DNA of 64,000 bases from Escherichia coli (GTDB lineage: Bacteria; Pseudomonadota; Gammaproteobacteria; Enterobacterales; Enterobacteriaceae), in NCBI RefSeq assembly GCF_030013595.1, contig NZ_CP122768.1; one strand, 5' to 3'. The translations under genes and the position numbers were made by a program. Below, piece after piece: positions 16,567 to 25,647 of the stretch (positions within the stretch are counted from its first letter, which is position 1; each line of letters starts with the position of its first letter). Under the pieces are notes generated by a model. It was not told the DNA's origin and did no database searches. It saw nothing but the letters and a program-made list of their open reading frames with translations.

Positions 16567-16989
16567 TCACAGTATCGCCTCCTGAAATTTACCCTGATAG
16601 AAAGCCAGTACACGCTGCATAGCTGCGCTCTTCCGGCACTCGCTACAGATTATGTTCTGACGCCTGTCGTAGCGGCGTATTTCTCCGTCTGGTAATGACC
16701 AGATAAGGTCCGGATCAACCACAGATGTTTTCTTCAGATTTGCCCTTGAGAGTTTTTTGCGGGCATTTTGCCAGTCCTTACGCGCCTGCGCTGACGGGAA
16801 TAACCCGTAACCAGAGTTGTATACATCGCCGCTGGCAACCAGCTCTCTTGCGAGAACGCTCATCAGATATCTTGTTGCCCCAGTTTTAGCTTCCAGTTGT
16901 CGTAACGTCTCTCGCCCGCTCTGGCGTACGAGATCAACAATCTGCCCTTTAATTTTTTCCCGCTCTTCCTGTGTAAATACTTTTGCCAT
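16567..16989 (-). CDS. Hypothetical phage protein
   Basis: Start MAKVFTQ with GGAGGG RBS. Confidence 0.4.
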   Translation of the reverse strand: MAKVFTQEEREKIKGQIVDLVRQSGRETLRQLEAKTGATRYLMSVLARELVASGDVYNSGYGLFPSAQARKDWQNARKKLSRANLKKTSVVDPDLIWSLPDGEIRRYDRRQNIICSECRKSAAMQRVLAFYQGKFQEAIL

Positions 16990-17005
16990 AAGCCCTCCCC
17001 TGGAA

Positions 17006-17731
17006 TCACTTTTCCGACACAATACGACTGGAGGAATCAACAATCTGTCGGACAATATCCCGGTGCTTGTTCAGCTCCCGCAGCGCGGCGCAGACTCGCT
17101 CCCACTTCTGGACATGACTTTTCGCCCGGCGCAGTTCGCGGTTTGCCATATGCAGCGATGGTAAAATCAGGCCATTCGCTCGCGTTTCAGTGAACGATGG
17201 CAGTGACTGCACAAGGTCCGCCACAGTTTCTGTTTTAATTTCCTCCTGTGTTGCCGCTTCCTGTACTGGTAACGCAACACCGGCTGGCTGAGGAAAGGCT
17301 TTACCAGATGTTTTCGCTACCGATACAACTTTCGGCTCTGCTGGTAAATTACCGTCCGGCAGGCAGTAACGAAATTTACCGTTCTGATTTACGCGAATCA
17401 GACGACCTTTGCTGATGGCCATAGCCAGCGATGAGTTCACCCTGCGGGAAGTAATTCTGAATATCAGTGCAAGTTCATCAGCCGCTTTAGGGCCATGCTG
17501 TTCAATCGCCTCGATCAGCATTTGCGCTGTCACTTTAGAAGCCTGTGCCACAGATGCGTTTTCGTCGGTTTGAGTCAACCACCACATCGGGCCCTTGTTA
17601 TCAGCTTCCCCGCGACGCTTCAGTTTCCACAGCTCGTTAATCGCCTCATCCCGGGTCATTCCCAGACGTGCTGCCACTTCCTGGGAAGAGGCTTTTCCCA
17701 TTGCTTTCAGTGCGTCAAAAACGGTCTCCAT
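17006..17731 (-). CDS. Hypothetical phage protein (nin/replication region)
   Basis: Start METVFD with GGGAGG RBS; 241 aa. Confidence 0.4.
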   Translation of the reverse strand: METVFDALKAMGKASSQEVAARLGMTRDEAINELWKLKRRGEADNKGPMWWLTQTDENASVAQASKVTAQMLIEAIEQHGPKAADELALIFRITSRRVNSSLAMAISKGRLIRVNQNGKFRYCLPDGNLPAEPKVVSVAKTSGKAFPQPAGVALPVQEAATQEEIKTETVADLVQSLPSFTETRANGLILPSLHMANRELRRAKSHVQKWERVCAALRELNKHRDIVRQIVDSSSRIVSEK

Positions 17732-17765
17732 TAAAATTTCCTCCCGGTAAAAATTACTTCTCAAC

Positions 17766-18431
17766 TCAAACAAAACCAGCCGCTTTCCGGCGTTCATATT
17801 CCTGTTTCAGCAACTCAATTGGCGTTGGTCCCGACGGGTGTTTGGGTGCCGCCAGTTGTCGCCGGACTGGCGGAATGCTCAGGCCATTACCAACATGCTT
17901 TGCCCATTTCGTCAGTTGCCATTCTGCAAGCCGTTTTAACTCCCCTTCGGTCATCTGGCGCTCAATCCCCTTTGAACGCATCTCGAGGCAAATGTGATAC
18001 AGCACAGGCTGAGACCACGGGTACTTATCACTTCCGTCGTATCGCCAGGACTCATTGCGCCAGCGGCGGTACTCCTCCATCACAGCATCCACCGTCAGAC
18101 CAAATGGATTGGCTCCGCTTTCCGAAATCAGCGCCACAAACTCAGCCAGGTCCGGAGGCCATGTTTCACCCGCCCGGCAGCGGTCCATGCACTGGCGGCA
18201 GACCTGCCGGATTTGCTGCTCAGTCATCGCGCCAATCTGTGCAATCCAGAGCTTCGAAGGTGCGGCCCCGTTCTTCTGGGTCCAGCGGTTCGAATAAACC
18301 TCCCCCATGAGTTCCCACAGCTTCCAGGCCGTTTCCGTCGCTGATAAATCCGTTTTCACGTTCCCACTGCTCACGTGCTGCCCGAATTTCCTGAACTGCT
18401 CGTGATGCGGTGCCACCTGGTGCTGCTGCAT
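17766..18431 (-). CDS. Replication protein P-like (helicase loader)
   Basis: C-terminal region resembles lambda P (YPWSQPVLYHICLEMR.. vs YPWKSNAHYWLVTNLY..); strong RBS AAGGGGG before ATG at 18431; start overlaps the O-like frame by about 210 nt, so start or O end is uncertain. Confidence 0.55.
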   Translation of the reverse strand: MQQHQVAPHHEQFRKFGQHVSSGNVKTDLSATETAWKLWELMGEVYSNRWTQKNGAAPSKLWIAQIGAMTEQQIRQVCRQCMDRCRAGETWPPDLAEFVALISESGANPFGLTVDAVMEEYRRWRNESWRYDGSDKYPWSQPVLYHICLEMRSKGIERQMTEGELKRLAEWQLTKWAKHVGNGLSIPPVRRQLAAPKHPSGPTPIELLKQEYERRKAAGFV

Positions 18432-19245
18432 GGTTTACCCCCTTGCTGACTGGTTTAACCTGCGCCCTGACGTGATTTACGTGACGGGCGAATTTCTGCT
18501 CCCACTGAATCTGCGTGAACACTTTCCCCTCCGCTGCCCAGTAGTCCCGGAAGGCTGCAAATTCAGCTGGTGTAAATTCCGGCTCAGGCAGAGCCACTCC
18601 CCACAGAGCAGCCCGTCGTCGAAAATCCGGCGACGGATGCCAGCCATCGGTCATCGGAAATTTCCCGATGGGTTCGCTCATGCCGTCCAGATATTCGGGC
18701 TCCGGTGTCTGCGATGGCGTACCGTTCGACTCACTGGTCGTAGCTCTCTCGCGCACGCGCGCGTTATGTGTGGGGTTTAATTCTTTATCTGTATCTTTAT
18801 CTGTCGTGACTCGTCGTGACATGTCGTGACATATGCGTGACTCGTCGTGACACCCCTCATTCTGTTTTCGTAATTTTTCCCTCTCGCGCTGCGCTCTCTT
18901 GCGCTCTGCCGGGGATTTCGCGGTTTGTGAAACGTTGCCATTGTCCTCTTTCAGTACCTGGCGTTTTTCCCATCCAGTGATTAAATCACCATCAAGTACC
19001 CGCCCCTGCATCGTCTGCAAAATTGAATCAATTACCTCTTCTGTCACGTCGAGCGCACTTGCCAAATCTTCTGTCGTGACATCAATGTGACCTCGCGTGA
19101 CATTTCGTGACGCGCTCACCAGGAGGTGGATATACACTGCCATCACTGTTGCAATTGGCTGCCCTGACACCCTGGCAATTGTTCGCCACTTAGGGTCATT
19201 TGGCATGTCATGCCATAATCTGAGCCAAGCGTTAGCCATACTCAC
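18220..19245 (-). CDS. Replication initiator O-like protein containing the origin iterons
   Basis: 341 aa ORF directly upstream of P-like gene; two clusters of GTCGTGAC-type direct repeats inside the coding sequence, as with ori in lambda O. Confidence 0.55.
   Translation of the reverse strand: MSMANAWLRLWHDMPNDPKWRTIARVSGQPIATVMAVYIHLLVSASRNVTRGHIDVTTEDLASALDVTEEVIDSILQTMQGRVLDGDLITGWEKRQVLKEDNGNVSQTAKSPAERKRAQREREKLRKQNEGCHDESRICHDMSRRVTTDKDTDKELNPTHNARVRERATTSESNGTPSQTPEPEYLDGMSEPIGKFPMTDGWHPSPDFRRRAALWGVALPEPEFTPAEFAAFRDYWAAEGKVFTQIQWEQKFARHVNHVRAQVKPVSKGVNHAAAPGGTASRAVQEIRAAREQWERENGFISDGNGLEAVGTHGGGLFEPLDPEERGRTFEALDCTDWRDD
18801..18852. repeat. Iteron cluster 1 (putative replication origin)
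   Basis: Five tandem approx 10-bp units ending in CGTGAC, preceded by an AT-rich tract. Confidence 0.6.
19070..19113. repeat. Iteron cluster 2
   Basis: Four further GTGAC-containing repeats. Confidence 0.45.
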
Positions 19246-19310
19246 CTCTTCTGATACCGAATCTTTTTACTCACGAGTTGCCGGAAGTGATTCGATATGG
19301 CTATTGTCAG

Positions 19311-19736
19311 TCAATGTACTGCCACAGCATTTCCTGCCGGGCCACCACGGTTCATCTGATTGAAACCGGCGATTGCCACTGCGACAAAATCATCAGCGTC
19401 TCTCACCAGTCGCTCCCGCGTCTCCACCAGCTCCCGAAAATAAGCTGAACTGTGGCTGCGCATTCTGGCCACCAGCAAAGGTGGCATTGCCTTTTCGATC
19501 GCTGGTAACAACGTCTGAATTTTTTCAACTGCATCAGGGGTGTCTTTCTCTACCCAGCGGAAAATTTTCTGGGTATTGCGAGCCAGGGCTTCCGGATGGC
19601 TATCGTCATACAGTTCAGGAAACGTCATACCCAACTCAAAATAAGCCTGGGTTATTCCAGCTGCTGGAACTTTTTCGCCATCAGGACGCGCCCAGGCATT
19701 CATCGCCATGCGGATGTGTTCATGCTTGATTTTCAT
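19311..19736 (-). CDS. YdaT-like protein (CII-position gene downstream of cro)
   Basis: 141 aa ORF in the position and size of Rac ydaT. Confidence 0.4.
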   Translation of the reverse strand: MKIKHEHIRMAMNAWARPDGEKVPAAGITQAYFELGMTFPELYDDSHPEALARNTQKIFRWVEKDTPDAVEKIQTLLPAIEKAMPPLLVARMRSHSSAYFRELVETRERLVRDADDFVAVAIAGFNQMNRGGPAGNAVAVH

Positions 19737-19758
19737 GAATCATTTGCCTCTTGATGTT

Positions 19759-20055
19759 TCAGGTATGATCAAATGAGGATTTGTTACTGTCATTTAGTTG
19801 CTTCACTGACATATTCTGCGAACAACATGCCGAACGTCGTAAATATGACCAGTCAATATCAGGACGAAGTTCTTCGCACAGAACCTCACCTCTTGTTGCA
19901 CGTTCAATTGCTGGACATCTCTCGGCAGGCAATTGACGTACCCCTTTGATCCATTGATTTACGCTTGGAGGTGATACACCTAAAAGCCTAGCCATTGCTG
20001 ATTGCCCACCGACAACAGCACAAGCTTGCTTGAATGAATAGTTCTCTTTTTTCAT
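19759..20055 (-). CDS. Cro-like HTH regulator (YdaS-like)
   Basis: 98 aa; divergent from repressor gene across an operator-rich gap; GGAG RBS. Confidence 0.6.
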   Translation of the reverse strand: MKKENYSFKQACAVVGGQSAMARLLGVSPPSVNQWIKGVRQLPAERCPAIERATRGEVLCEELRPDIDWSYLRRSACCSQNMSVKQLNDSNKSSFDHT

Positions 20056-20084
20056 CGAATGAACTCCAAAAACACACAGAAATA

Positions 20085-20150
20085 TTAGGCGACGCCTAAC
20101 ACAAATGTCAATAGGCTGTGCCTAATGCGATAAAGGTAGGAATTGCCTAA
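20085..20150. promoter_or_regulatory. OR-like operator cluster with divergent promoters
   Basis: Three sites matching TTAGGC-N3-GCCTAA (20085-20099 perfect palindrome; 20111-20125; 20137-20150); minus-strand TTGACA/TAATAT promoter candidate overlaps them. Confidence 0.55.
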
Positions 20151-20178
20151 TACAATGAGCATAGGAGAATATTAAGCA

Positions 20179-20655
20179 ATGCTTAGTGGTAAAGACTTAG
20201 GCCGAGCGATAGAGCAGGCCATTAACAAAAAAATCGCATCGGGATCCGTCAAATCAAAGGCGGAGGTCGCACGCCACTTCAAAGTCCAACCACCATCAAT
20301 TTATGACTGGATTAAGAAAGGCTCTATAAGTAAAGATAAACTTCCAGAATTATGGCGTTTCTTTTCTGATGTTGTTGGTCCAGAGCATTGGGGGCTTAAC
20401 GAATACCCCATACCAACCCCCACCAATTCAGATACAAAAAGTGAACTTTTAGATATAAACAACCTTTATCAAGCAGCCTCTGATGAAATAAGAGCGATTG
20501 TAGCTTTCCTGTTATCTGGAAATGCTACAGAACCAGATTGGGTTGACCACGATGTTCGCGCCTACATAGCAGCGATGGAAATGAAAGTGGGTAAGTATCT
20601 GAAAGCTCTAGAATCTGAACGGAAAAGCCAGAACATCACAAAAACTGGAACTTAA
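20179..20655 (+). CDS. Prophage repressor (CI-like, no peptidase domain; RacR-like size)
   Basis: 158 aa with N-terminal HTH-like region; flanked on both sides by the same operator motif. Confidence 0.55.
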   Translation: MLSGKDLGRAIEQAINKKIASGSVKSKAEVARHFKVQPPSIYDWIKKGSISKDKLPELWRFFSDVVGPEHWGLNEYPIPTPTNSDTKSELLDINNLYQAASDEIRAIVAFLLSGNATEPDWVDHDVRAYIAAMEMKVGKYLKALESERKSQNITKTGT

Positions 20656-20750
20656 ACTTATATGGTCTGACGGAAAACTCCTGGATTCCGTTATTTAACC
20701 CCCCATCACTTTCTGCTGTCGCCATCACCTATTAGGTTACGATCAAAACA

Positions 20751-20793
20751 TTAGGCATAGCCTATTGACAATCAATTAGGCATTACCTATAGT
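20751..20793 (+). promoter_or_regulatory. OL/PL-like: two operator sites overlapping a near-consensus sigma70 promoter
   Basis: TTAGGCATAGCCTAT and TTAGGCATTACCTAT; TTGACA (20765-20770), 17 nt spacer, TATAGT (20788-20793). Confidence 0.6.
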
Positions 20794-20892
20794 TCCAGCA
20801 TACCACCCACCCCGCCCCACAGAACGCAGGGCAATACTTCGAGTTACCAGGCAGTGGTCAGGGGTTAAGTAGCCAGCCCGAGGCGTAAGAAC

Positions 20893-21126
20893 ATGACGGC
20901 AGGGTTCAACTTTAACTATGCAGCAGGTTTTTGTTCCGCCACCCCGGCGTTAAGGGGAAATGAGGTCAGCATGGATACTATCGATCTTGGCAACAGCGAA
21001 TCTCTGGTATGTGGCGTGTTCCCCAACCAGGACGGCACGTTCACTGCGATGACGTATACCAAAAGCAAAACGTTTAAAACCGAATCTGGCGCGCGTCGCT
21101 GGCTGGAAAGAAACTCAGGTGAGTGA
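20893..21126 (+). CDS. Hypothetical early-left protein (start uncertain)
   Basis: ORF; alternative ATG at 20971. Confidence 0.3.
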   Translation: MTAGFNFNYAAGFCSATPALRGNEVSMDTIDLGNSESLVCGVFPNQDGTFTAMTYTKSKTFKTESGARRWLERNSGE

Positions 21127-21127
21127 T

Positions 21128-21259
21128 ATGGATTTCGACACAATCATGGAAAAGGCTTACGAAGAATACTTCGAAGGCCTTGCCGAAGGCGAAGAAGCTC
21201 TCAGCTTCAGTGAGTTTAAACAGGCGCTTTCCAGCTCGGCAAAATCTAACGGCTGATAA
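21128..21259 (+). CDS. Small acidic hypothetical protein, 43 aa
   Basis: ATG with AGGTGAG RBS; below ORF-track cutoff. Confidence 0.3.
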
Positions 21260-21285
21260 GCGAAGCAGCACCGCGAGGAATCAGT

Positions 21286-21504
21286 ATGCAGAAACGAGAA
21301 CCCGTCATCATCGCGCCAGACTATACCGATGATGAACTTTATGAGTGGATGCGCCAGAAAATTAATGCAGCGCAGGATCTGAAATGGGCCAATGAAGCCA
21401 GGGCTAAGCAGGCTGAAAATCTGTCCGCTCTGGAGCAGGATATCACCAGGCTGGAAAAAGCAGCGGCATTAAGCATTGCCAGAATGATTTCATACCCGCG
21501 TTAA
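21286..21504 (+). CDS. Hypothetical early-left protein
   Basis: 72 aa ORF with GAGGA RBS. Confidence 0.4.
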   Translation: MQKREPVIIAPDYTDDELYEWMRQKINAAQDLKWANEARAKQAENLSALEQDITRLEKAAALSIARMISYPR

Positions 21505-21639
21505 TAGCTAACCAACGAAGCTAAGGTTGGTAATTAAGGAGTTCTCCACGGGTCAGGTGGAGTGCGTGCGCCGGACACGGGTGAGCATCCGGTACGTTCT
21601 TTAAAAATCTGGATAGTCCCAACTTATTTAAACGGTTAA

Positions 21640-22071
21640 TTATCTTGAGTTCATCCAGAACTTATTATTGCAAGCGAGGCAAAAAGTACGAAAATGAGCA
21701 TCAAAGCGCATTATTTCCATTGGCTGAAGTACAGATATTACCTTTTTTCCAAAACATTGTGGGCAAAGATACACAGTTATCTCAGTATCGCCTATAAATT
21801 GCTTCTTGGAATATACAAGGGTTCCAGAATCAAGCTTGTTAAGCTTGTAACCTTCCGCCTGTCGCTGAAAATCTTCTGTCTCTGCAATTTTTGCTTTGAG
21901 ATGCATTATCTCTTCATCACGAAAGCGGATCGCATCGCAAAGAGAGAAGCATTCCGCCTGAAGCGTGATTAGTTTGTTCTGAAGTTCAATAGTTGCGGCT
22001 TTAACTTCTGCATCCGTTTTTGCGTCATTAATAACCTTAGCGAGACCAGCTGTCTCCTTTATCGCAGCCAT
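21640..22071 (-). CDS. Coiled-coil protein with C-terminal zinc-ribbon, encoded antisense to the early-left operon
   Basis: Probable start MAAIKETAG; CPQCFGK...CLACNNKF motifs; AT-rich segment. Confidence 0.4.
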   Translation of the reverse strand: MAAIKETAGLAKVINDAKTDAEVKAATIELQNKLITLQAECFSLCDAIRFRDEEIMHLKAKIAETEDFQRQAEGYKLNKLDSGTLVYSKKQFIGDTEITVYLCPQCFGKKVISVLQPMEIMRFDAHFRTFCLACNNKFWMNSR

Positions 22072-22411
22072 AGCCGCTGACAGTTCTGCTATCACGTTGA
22101 GTACTCTTCTCGTTGTTGGGGATATCCGGATTATACAAATTTCTTGTTGTTGGGGAATAACAGGAACCACCTCGCCTGACGTGGTTAAAAGCAGGCACAC
22201 AACGCGAAAGCGTACGGCGAGGTAGCTGGTTCATAGATAGCCTGTCGTTAAATTTTCGTCGACCGTGCACTTCCGGTTGTGGCAATCCGCGAAATGGCGC
22301 GGCGGTAAGTATGGCTGGGTTATCCTTACCCCATTAGTGGCACCGGGTTGTCAGGTTGACCATACGCTTAAGTGACAACCCCGCTGCAACAACCCATGTT
22401 GATTACCTTTT

Positions 22412-22622
22412 GGCGGGTATCCGTTTTTTGTTTTCCCTTGTGATACCCGCCCTTTTTAAAGTGAATTTTGTGATGCGGTGAATGCGGCTCAGCGCACGCG
22501 GAACAGTTAAAAAGGCCAGTTGACTTCCGTATTGGTTCTTATGGGTGGGTTCTCTGTATCCGGCGTTAATTATTAACTGGTTAACGTCACCTGGAGGCAC
22601 CAGGCACCGCATCACAAAATTC
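22412..22622 (+). promoter_or_regulatory. Nested inverted repeats in a 570-bp non-coding gap
   Basis: 10-bp perfect IR GGCGGGTATC/GATACCCGCC (22412-22421, 22442-22451) followed by T-run; 18-bp perfect IR GAATTTTGTGATGCGGTG (22463-22480) and its reverse complement (22605-22622). Confidence 0.4.
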
Positions 22623-22640
22623 ATTGTTGAGGATGCGATA

Positions 22641-22823
22641 ATGGAAACGTTATTACCAAACGTCAATACGTCTGAAGGTTGTTTTGAAATTGGTGTCAGA
22701 ATCAGTAACCCTGTATTTACTGAAGATGCCATTAATAAGAGAAAACACGAACGGGAGCTATTAAATCAAATATGCATTGTTTCAATGCTGGCCCGTTTAC
22801 GCCTGATGCAAAAAGGACGATGA
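22641..22823 (+). CDS. Small hypothetical protein
   Basis: METLLP start with GAGGA RBS. Confidence 0.3.
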   Translation: METLLPNVNTSEGCFEIGVRISNPVFTEDAINKRKHERELLNQICIVSMLARLRLMQKGR

Positions 22824-23029
22824 CAATGAATACAGTATTTGCACTCGTTCTGACGGTTTTTCTTAATACAGGCGAGCCAGTCGATCTTGTTATTGGTATA
22901 CATGACTCAATGAAAGAATGCATGGCTGCCGCAGCGGAACAGAAAATTCCCGGCAACTGTTATCCGGTTGATAAAGTTATTCGCATGGACAATAACGAAA
23001 TCCCGGCAGGACTTAAAACAGCACCGTAA
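22820..23029 (+). CDS. Small hypothetical protein with N-terminal hydrophobic segment
   Basis: ORF; AAGGA RBS. Confidence 0.35.
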   Translation: MTMNTVFALVLTVFLNTGEPVDLVIGIHDSMKECMAAAAEQKIPGNCYPVDKVIRMDNNEIPAGLKTAP

Positions 23030-23109
23030 TTAATATCCGGTTTCATTTTTATATGCCAGCAATGGCAGGGATTTGTTCACCCTTAAATCTGTAATGAGGT
23101 TAAAACAAA

Positions 23110-25581
23110 ATGAGTAAAGTCTTTATTTGCGCCGCCATTCCGGACGAACAGGCAATAAAGGAAGAAGGTGCAGTCGCTGTAGCCACTGCCATTGAAGCCG
23201 GCGACGAACGCCGCGCCCGAGCCAAATTTACCTGGCAATTCCTGGAGCAATATCCGGCTGCTCAGGACTGCGCTTATAAATTTCTTGTTTGCGAGGATAA
23301 ACCCGGCATGCCCCGCCCTGCCATCGACTCCTGGGATACCGAATATATGCAGGAAAACTGCTGGGATGAGGAATCCGCTTCCTTTATTCCGGTCGAACCA
23401 GAATCCGATCCGATGAACGTCAATTTTGACAAGCTGTCCCCTGAAGTACAGAACGCGGTCCTGGTTAAGTTCGACACATGTGAAAACATCACCGTTGATA
23501 TGGTTATTAGCGCACAGGAATTGTTGCAGGAAGACATGGCAACATTCGACGGACATATCGTTGAAGCGTTGATGAAAATGCCAGAAGTTAACGCCATGTA
23601 TCCGGAGCTTAAGTTGCACGCCATTGGGTGGGTTAAGCATAAATGTATTCCTGGTGCTAAATGGCCCGAAATTCAGGCAGAGATGCGCATCTGGAAAAAA
23701 CGTCGCGAAGGTGAACGCAAGGAAACCGGAAAATACACGTCTGTTGTTGATCTCGCCCGCGCCAGAGCCAATCAACAGTACACTGACAATTCAACAGGAA
23801 AAATCAGCCCGGTCATTGCTGCCACTCATCGCGAATACAAGCAGACATGGAAAACACTGGATGACGAACTGGCCTACGCTCTCTGGCCTGGTGATGTGGA
23901 TGCCGGAAACATTGACGGCAGCATCCATCGCTGGGCAAAAAATGAAGTTATCGACAACGACCGCGAAGACTGGAAGCGTATCTCGGCATCAATGCGCAAA
24001 CAGCCTGATGCCCTTCGCTACGACCGCCAGACTATTTTTGGCCTTGTCCGTGAACGTCCGATCGACATTCACAAAGACCCTGTGGCACTGAACAAATACA
24101 TTACTGAATACCTGACTACAAAGGGCGTGTTTGAAGATGAAGGAAGAAATCAGAGCGCAACTGATACTCTCTCGTCGCCAGTACCAGAAACTGATGCAGT
24201 GGAAACGGCAATTCCGGACAACGAAAAAACCGAATGCAAAGTGGAAGTCGAACCATCTGTAGAGCGTGAGGGGCCGTTCTACTTCCTCTTCACCGACAAG
24301 GATGGCGAAAAATATGGTCGCGCAAACAAACTTTCTGGTCTGAATAAGGCGCTGACTGCAGGGGCTACTGAAATCACGAAAGAAGAATATTTTGCCCGTA
24401 AAAACGGTACATACTCAGGTTCACAACAAAATACTGGTGCATCTGACACGACCGCACAACCAGAGCCGGTAAAAGTTACCGCTGACGAAGTAAACAAAAT
24501 TATGCAGGCAGCCAATATCAGCCAGCCTGACGCCGATAAGTTGCTTGCTGTATCACGTGGTGAATTTGTTGCAGGGATTAGCGACCCGAATGATCCGAAA
24601 TGGGTGAAGGGGATTGAAACCCGCGATTCAGTGAATCAGAACCAGCAAGAAACGGAACAGAACGACCAGAAAGCGGAACAAAACAGCCCAAATGCGTTAC
24701 AAAACGAGCCAGAAACGAAACAACCTGAGCCAGTAGCGCAACAGGAAGCGGAAAAAGTCTGCACCGCCTGCGGTCAGACCGGCGGCGGCAACTGCCCTGA
24801 TTGTGGTGCGGTGATGGGCGACGCAACATACCAGGAAACATTCGATGACAAGAACCAGGTTGAAGTTCAGGAAGACGATTCGGAGAAAATGGAAGGCGCT
24901 GAACATCCACACAAAGAGAATGCTGGCAGCGCTCAGGATCACGCCAGCGATAGTGAAACTGGCGAGACGGCAGATCCCTTAATTACGGTGAACGGTCATC
25001 ACGTTATCACATCCACCAGCAGGACGTGTGACCATCTAATGATCGACCTTGAAACCATGGGAAAAAATCCTGATGCCCCGATTATCTCAATAGGTGCAAT
25101 ATTTTTCGATCCGCAAACCGGAGATATGGGACCGGAATTTAGTAAGACTATCGATCTGGAAACTGCTGGCGGAGTCATTGATCGGGACACCATTAAATGG
25201 TGGCTTAAGCAATCACGCGAAGCGCAATCTGCCATTATGACCGATGAAATCCCGTTAGATGATGCACTGTTACAATTGCGGGAATTTATCGACGAAAACT
25301 CCGGTGAATTTTTTGTTCAGGTCTGGGGAAATGGAGCCAACTTCGACAACACGATTTTGCGCCGTTCATACGAACGGCAGGGGATCCCCTGCCCGTGGCG
25401 TTACTACAACGATCGCGATGTACGCACAATCGTTGAGCTGGGGAAAGCCATAGACTTCGATGCCAGAACGGCTATTCCATTCGAAGGTGAGCGCCATAAT
25501 GCACTTGATGACGCCCGTTACCAGGCAAAATACGTTTCAGCAATCTGGCAAAAACTGATCCCGAATCCGGTTGATTTTTAA
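23110..25581 (+). CDS. Large protein with C-terminal DnaQ-like DEDDh 3'-5' exonuclease domain (RecE-position gene)
   Basis: 823 aa; C-terminus has LMIDLETMG (Exo I), WGNGANFDNTIL (Exo II), HNALDDARYQAKY (Exo III); long acidic/Gln-rich linker. Confidence 0.6.
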   Translation: MSKVFICAAIPDEQAIKEEGAVAVATAIEAGDERRARAKFTWQFLEQYPAAQDCAYKFLVCEDKPGMPRPAIDSWDTEYMQENCWDEESASFIPVEPESDPMNVNFDKLSPEVQNAVLVKFDTCENITVDMVISAQELLQEDMATFDGHIVEALMKMPEVNAMYPELKLHAIGWVKHKCIPGAKWPEIQAEMRIWKKRREGERKETGKYTSVVDLARARANQQYTDNSTGKISPVIAATHREYKQTWKTLDDELAYALWPGDVDAGNIDGSIHRWAKNEVIDNDREDWKRISASMRKQPDALRYDRQTIFGLVRERPIDIHKDPVALNKYITEYLTTKGVFEDEGRNQSATDTLSSPVPETDAVETAIPDNEKTECKVEVEPSVEREGPFYFLFTDKDGEKYGRANKLSGLNKALTAGATEITKEEYFARKNGTYSGSQQNTGASDTTAQPEPVKVTADEVNKIMQAANISQPDADKLLAVSRGEFVAGISDPNDPKWVKGIETRDSVNQNQQETEQNDQKAEQNSPNALQNEPETKQPEPVAQQEAEKVCTACGQTGGGNCPDCGAVMGDATYQETFDDKNQVEVQEDDSEKMEGAEHPHKENAGSAQDHASDSETGETADPLITVNGHHVITSTSRTCDHLMIDLETMGKNPDAPIISIGAIFFDPQTGDMGPEFSKTIDLETAGGVIDRDTIKWWLKQSREAQSAIMTDEIPLDDALLQLREFIDENSGEFFVQVWGNGANFDNTILRRSYERQGIPCPWRYYNDRDVRTIVELGKAIDFDARTAIPFEGERHNALDDARYQAKYVSAIWQKLIPNPVDF

Positions 25582-25647
25582 TGTTCAACCCTGATCGCCG
25601 TCCCCGAATTATATTGGCGGCGGTCATGCTGTAAGGCACGTGACCAC

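Noticed and set aside
18801-19113. CRISPR array
   Set aside because: Repeats are about 10 bp, lie inside a coding region and resemble replication-origin iterons; no regular spacers and no cas genes.
22463-22622. Retron msr/msd locus
   Set aside because: Inverted repeats flank a short region as in retrons, but no reverse transcriptase ORF is nearby.
23110-25581. Exodeoxyribonuclease VIII (RecE) annotation
   Set aside because: Position matches recE but the catalytic motifs are DnaQ-like DEDDh and no recT follows; left as an unnamed exonuclease-domain protein.
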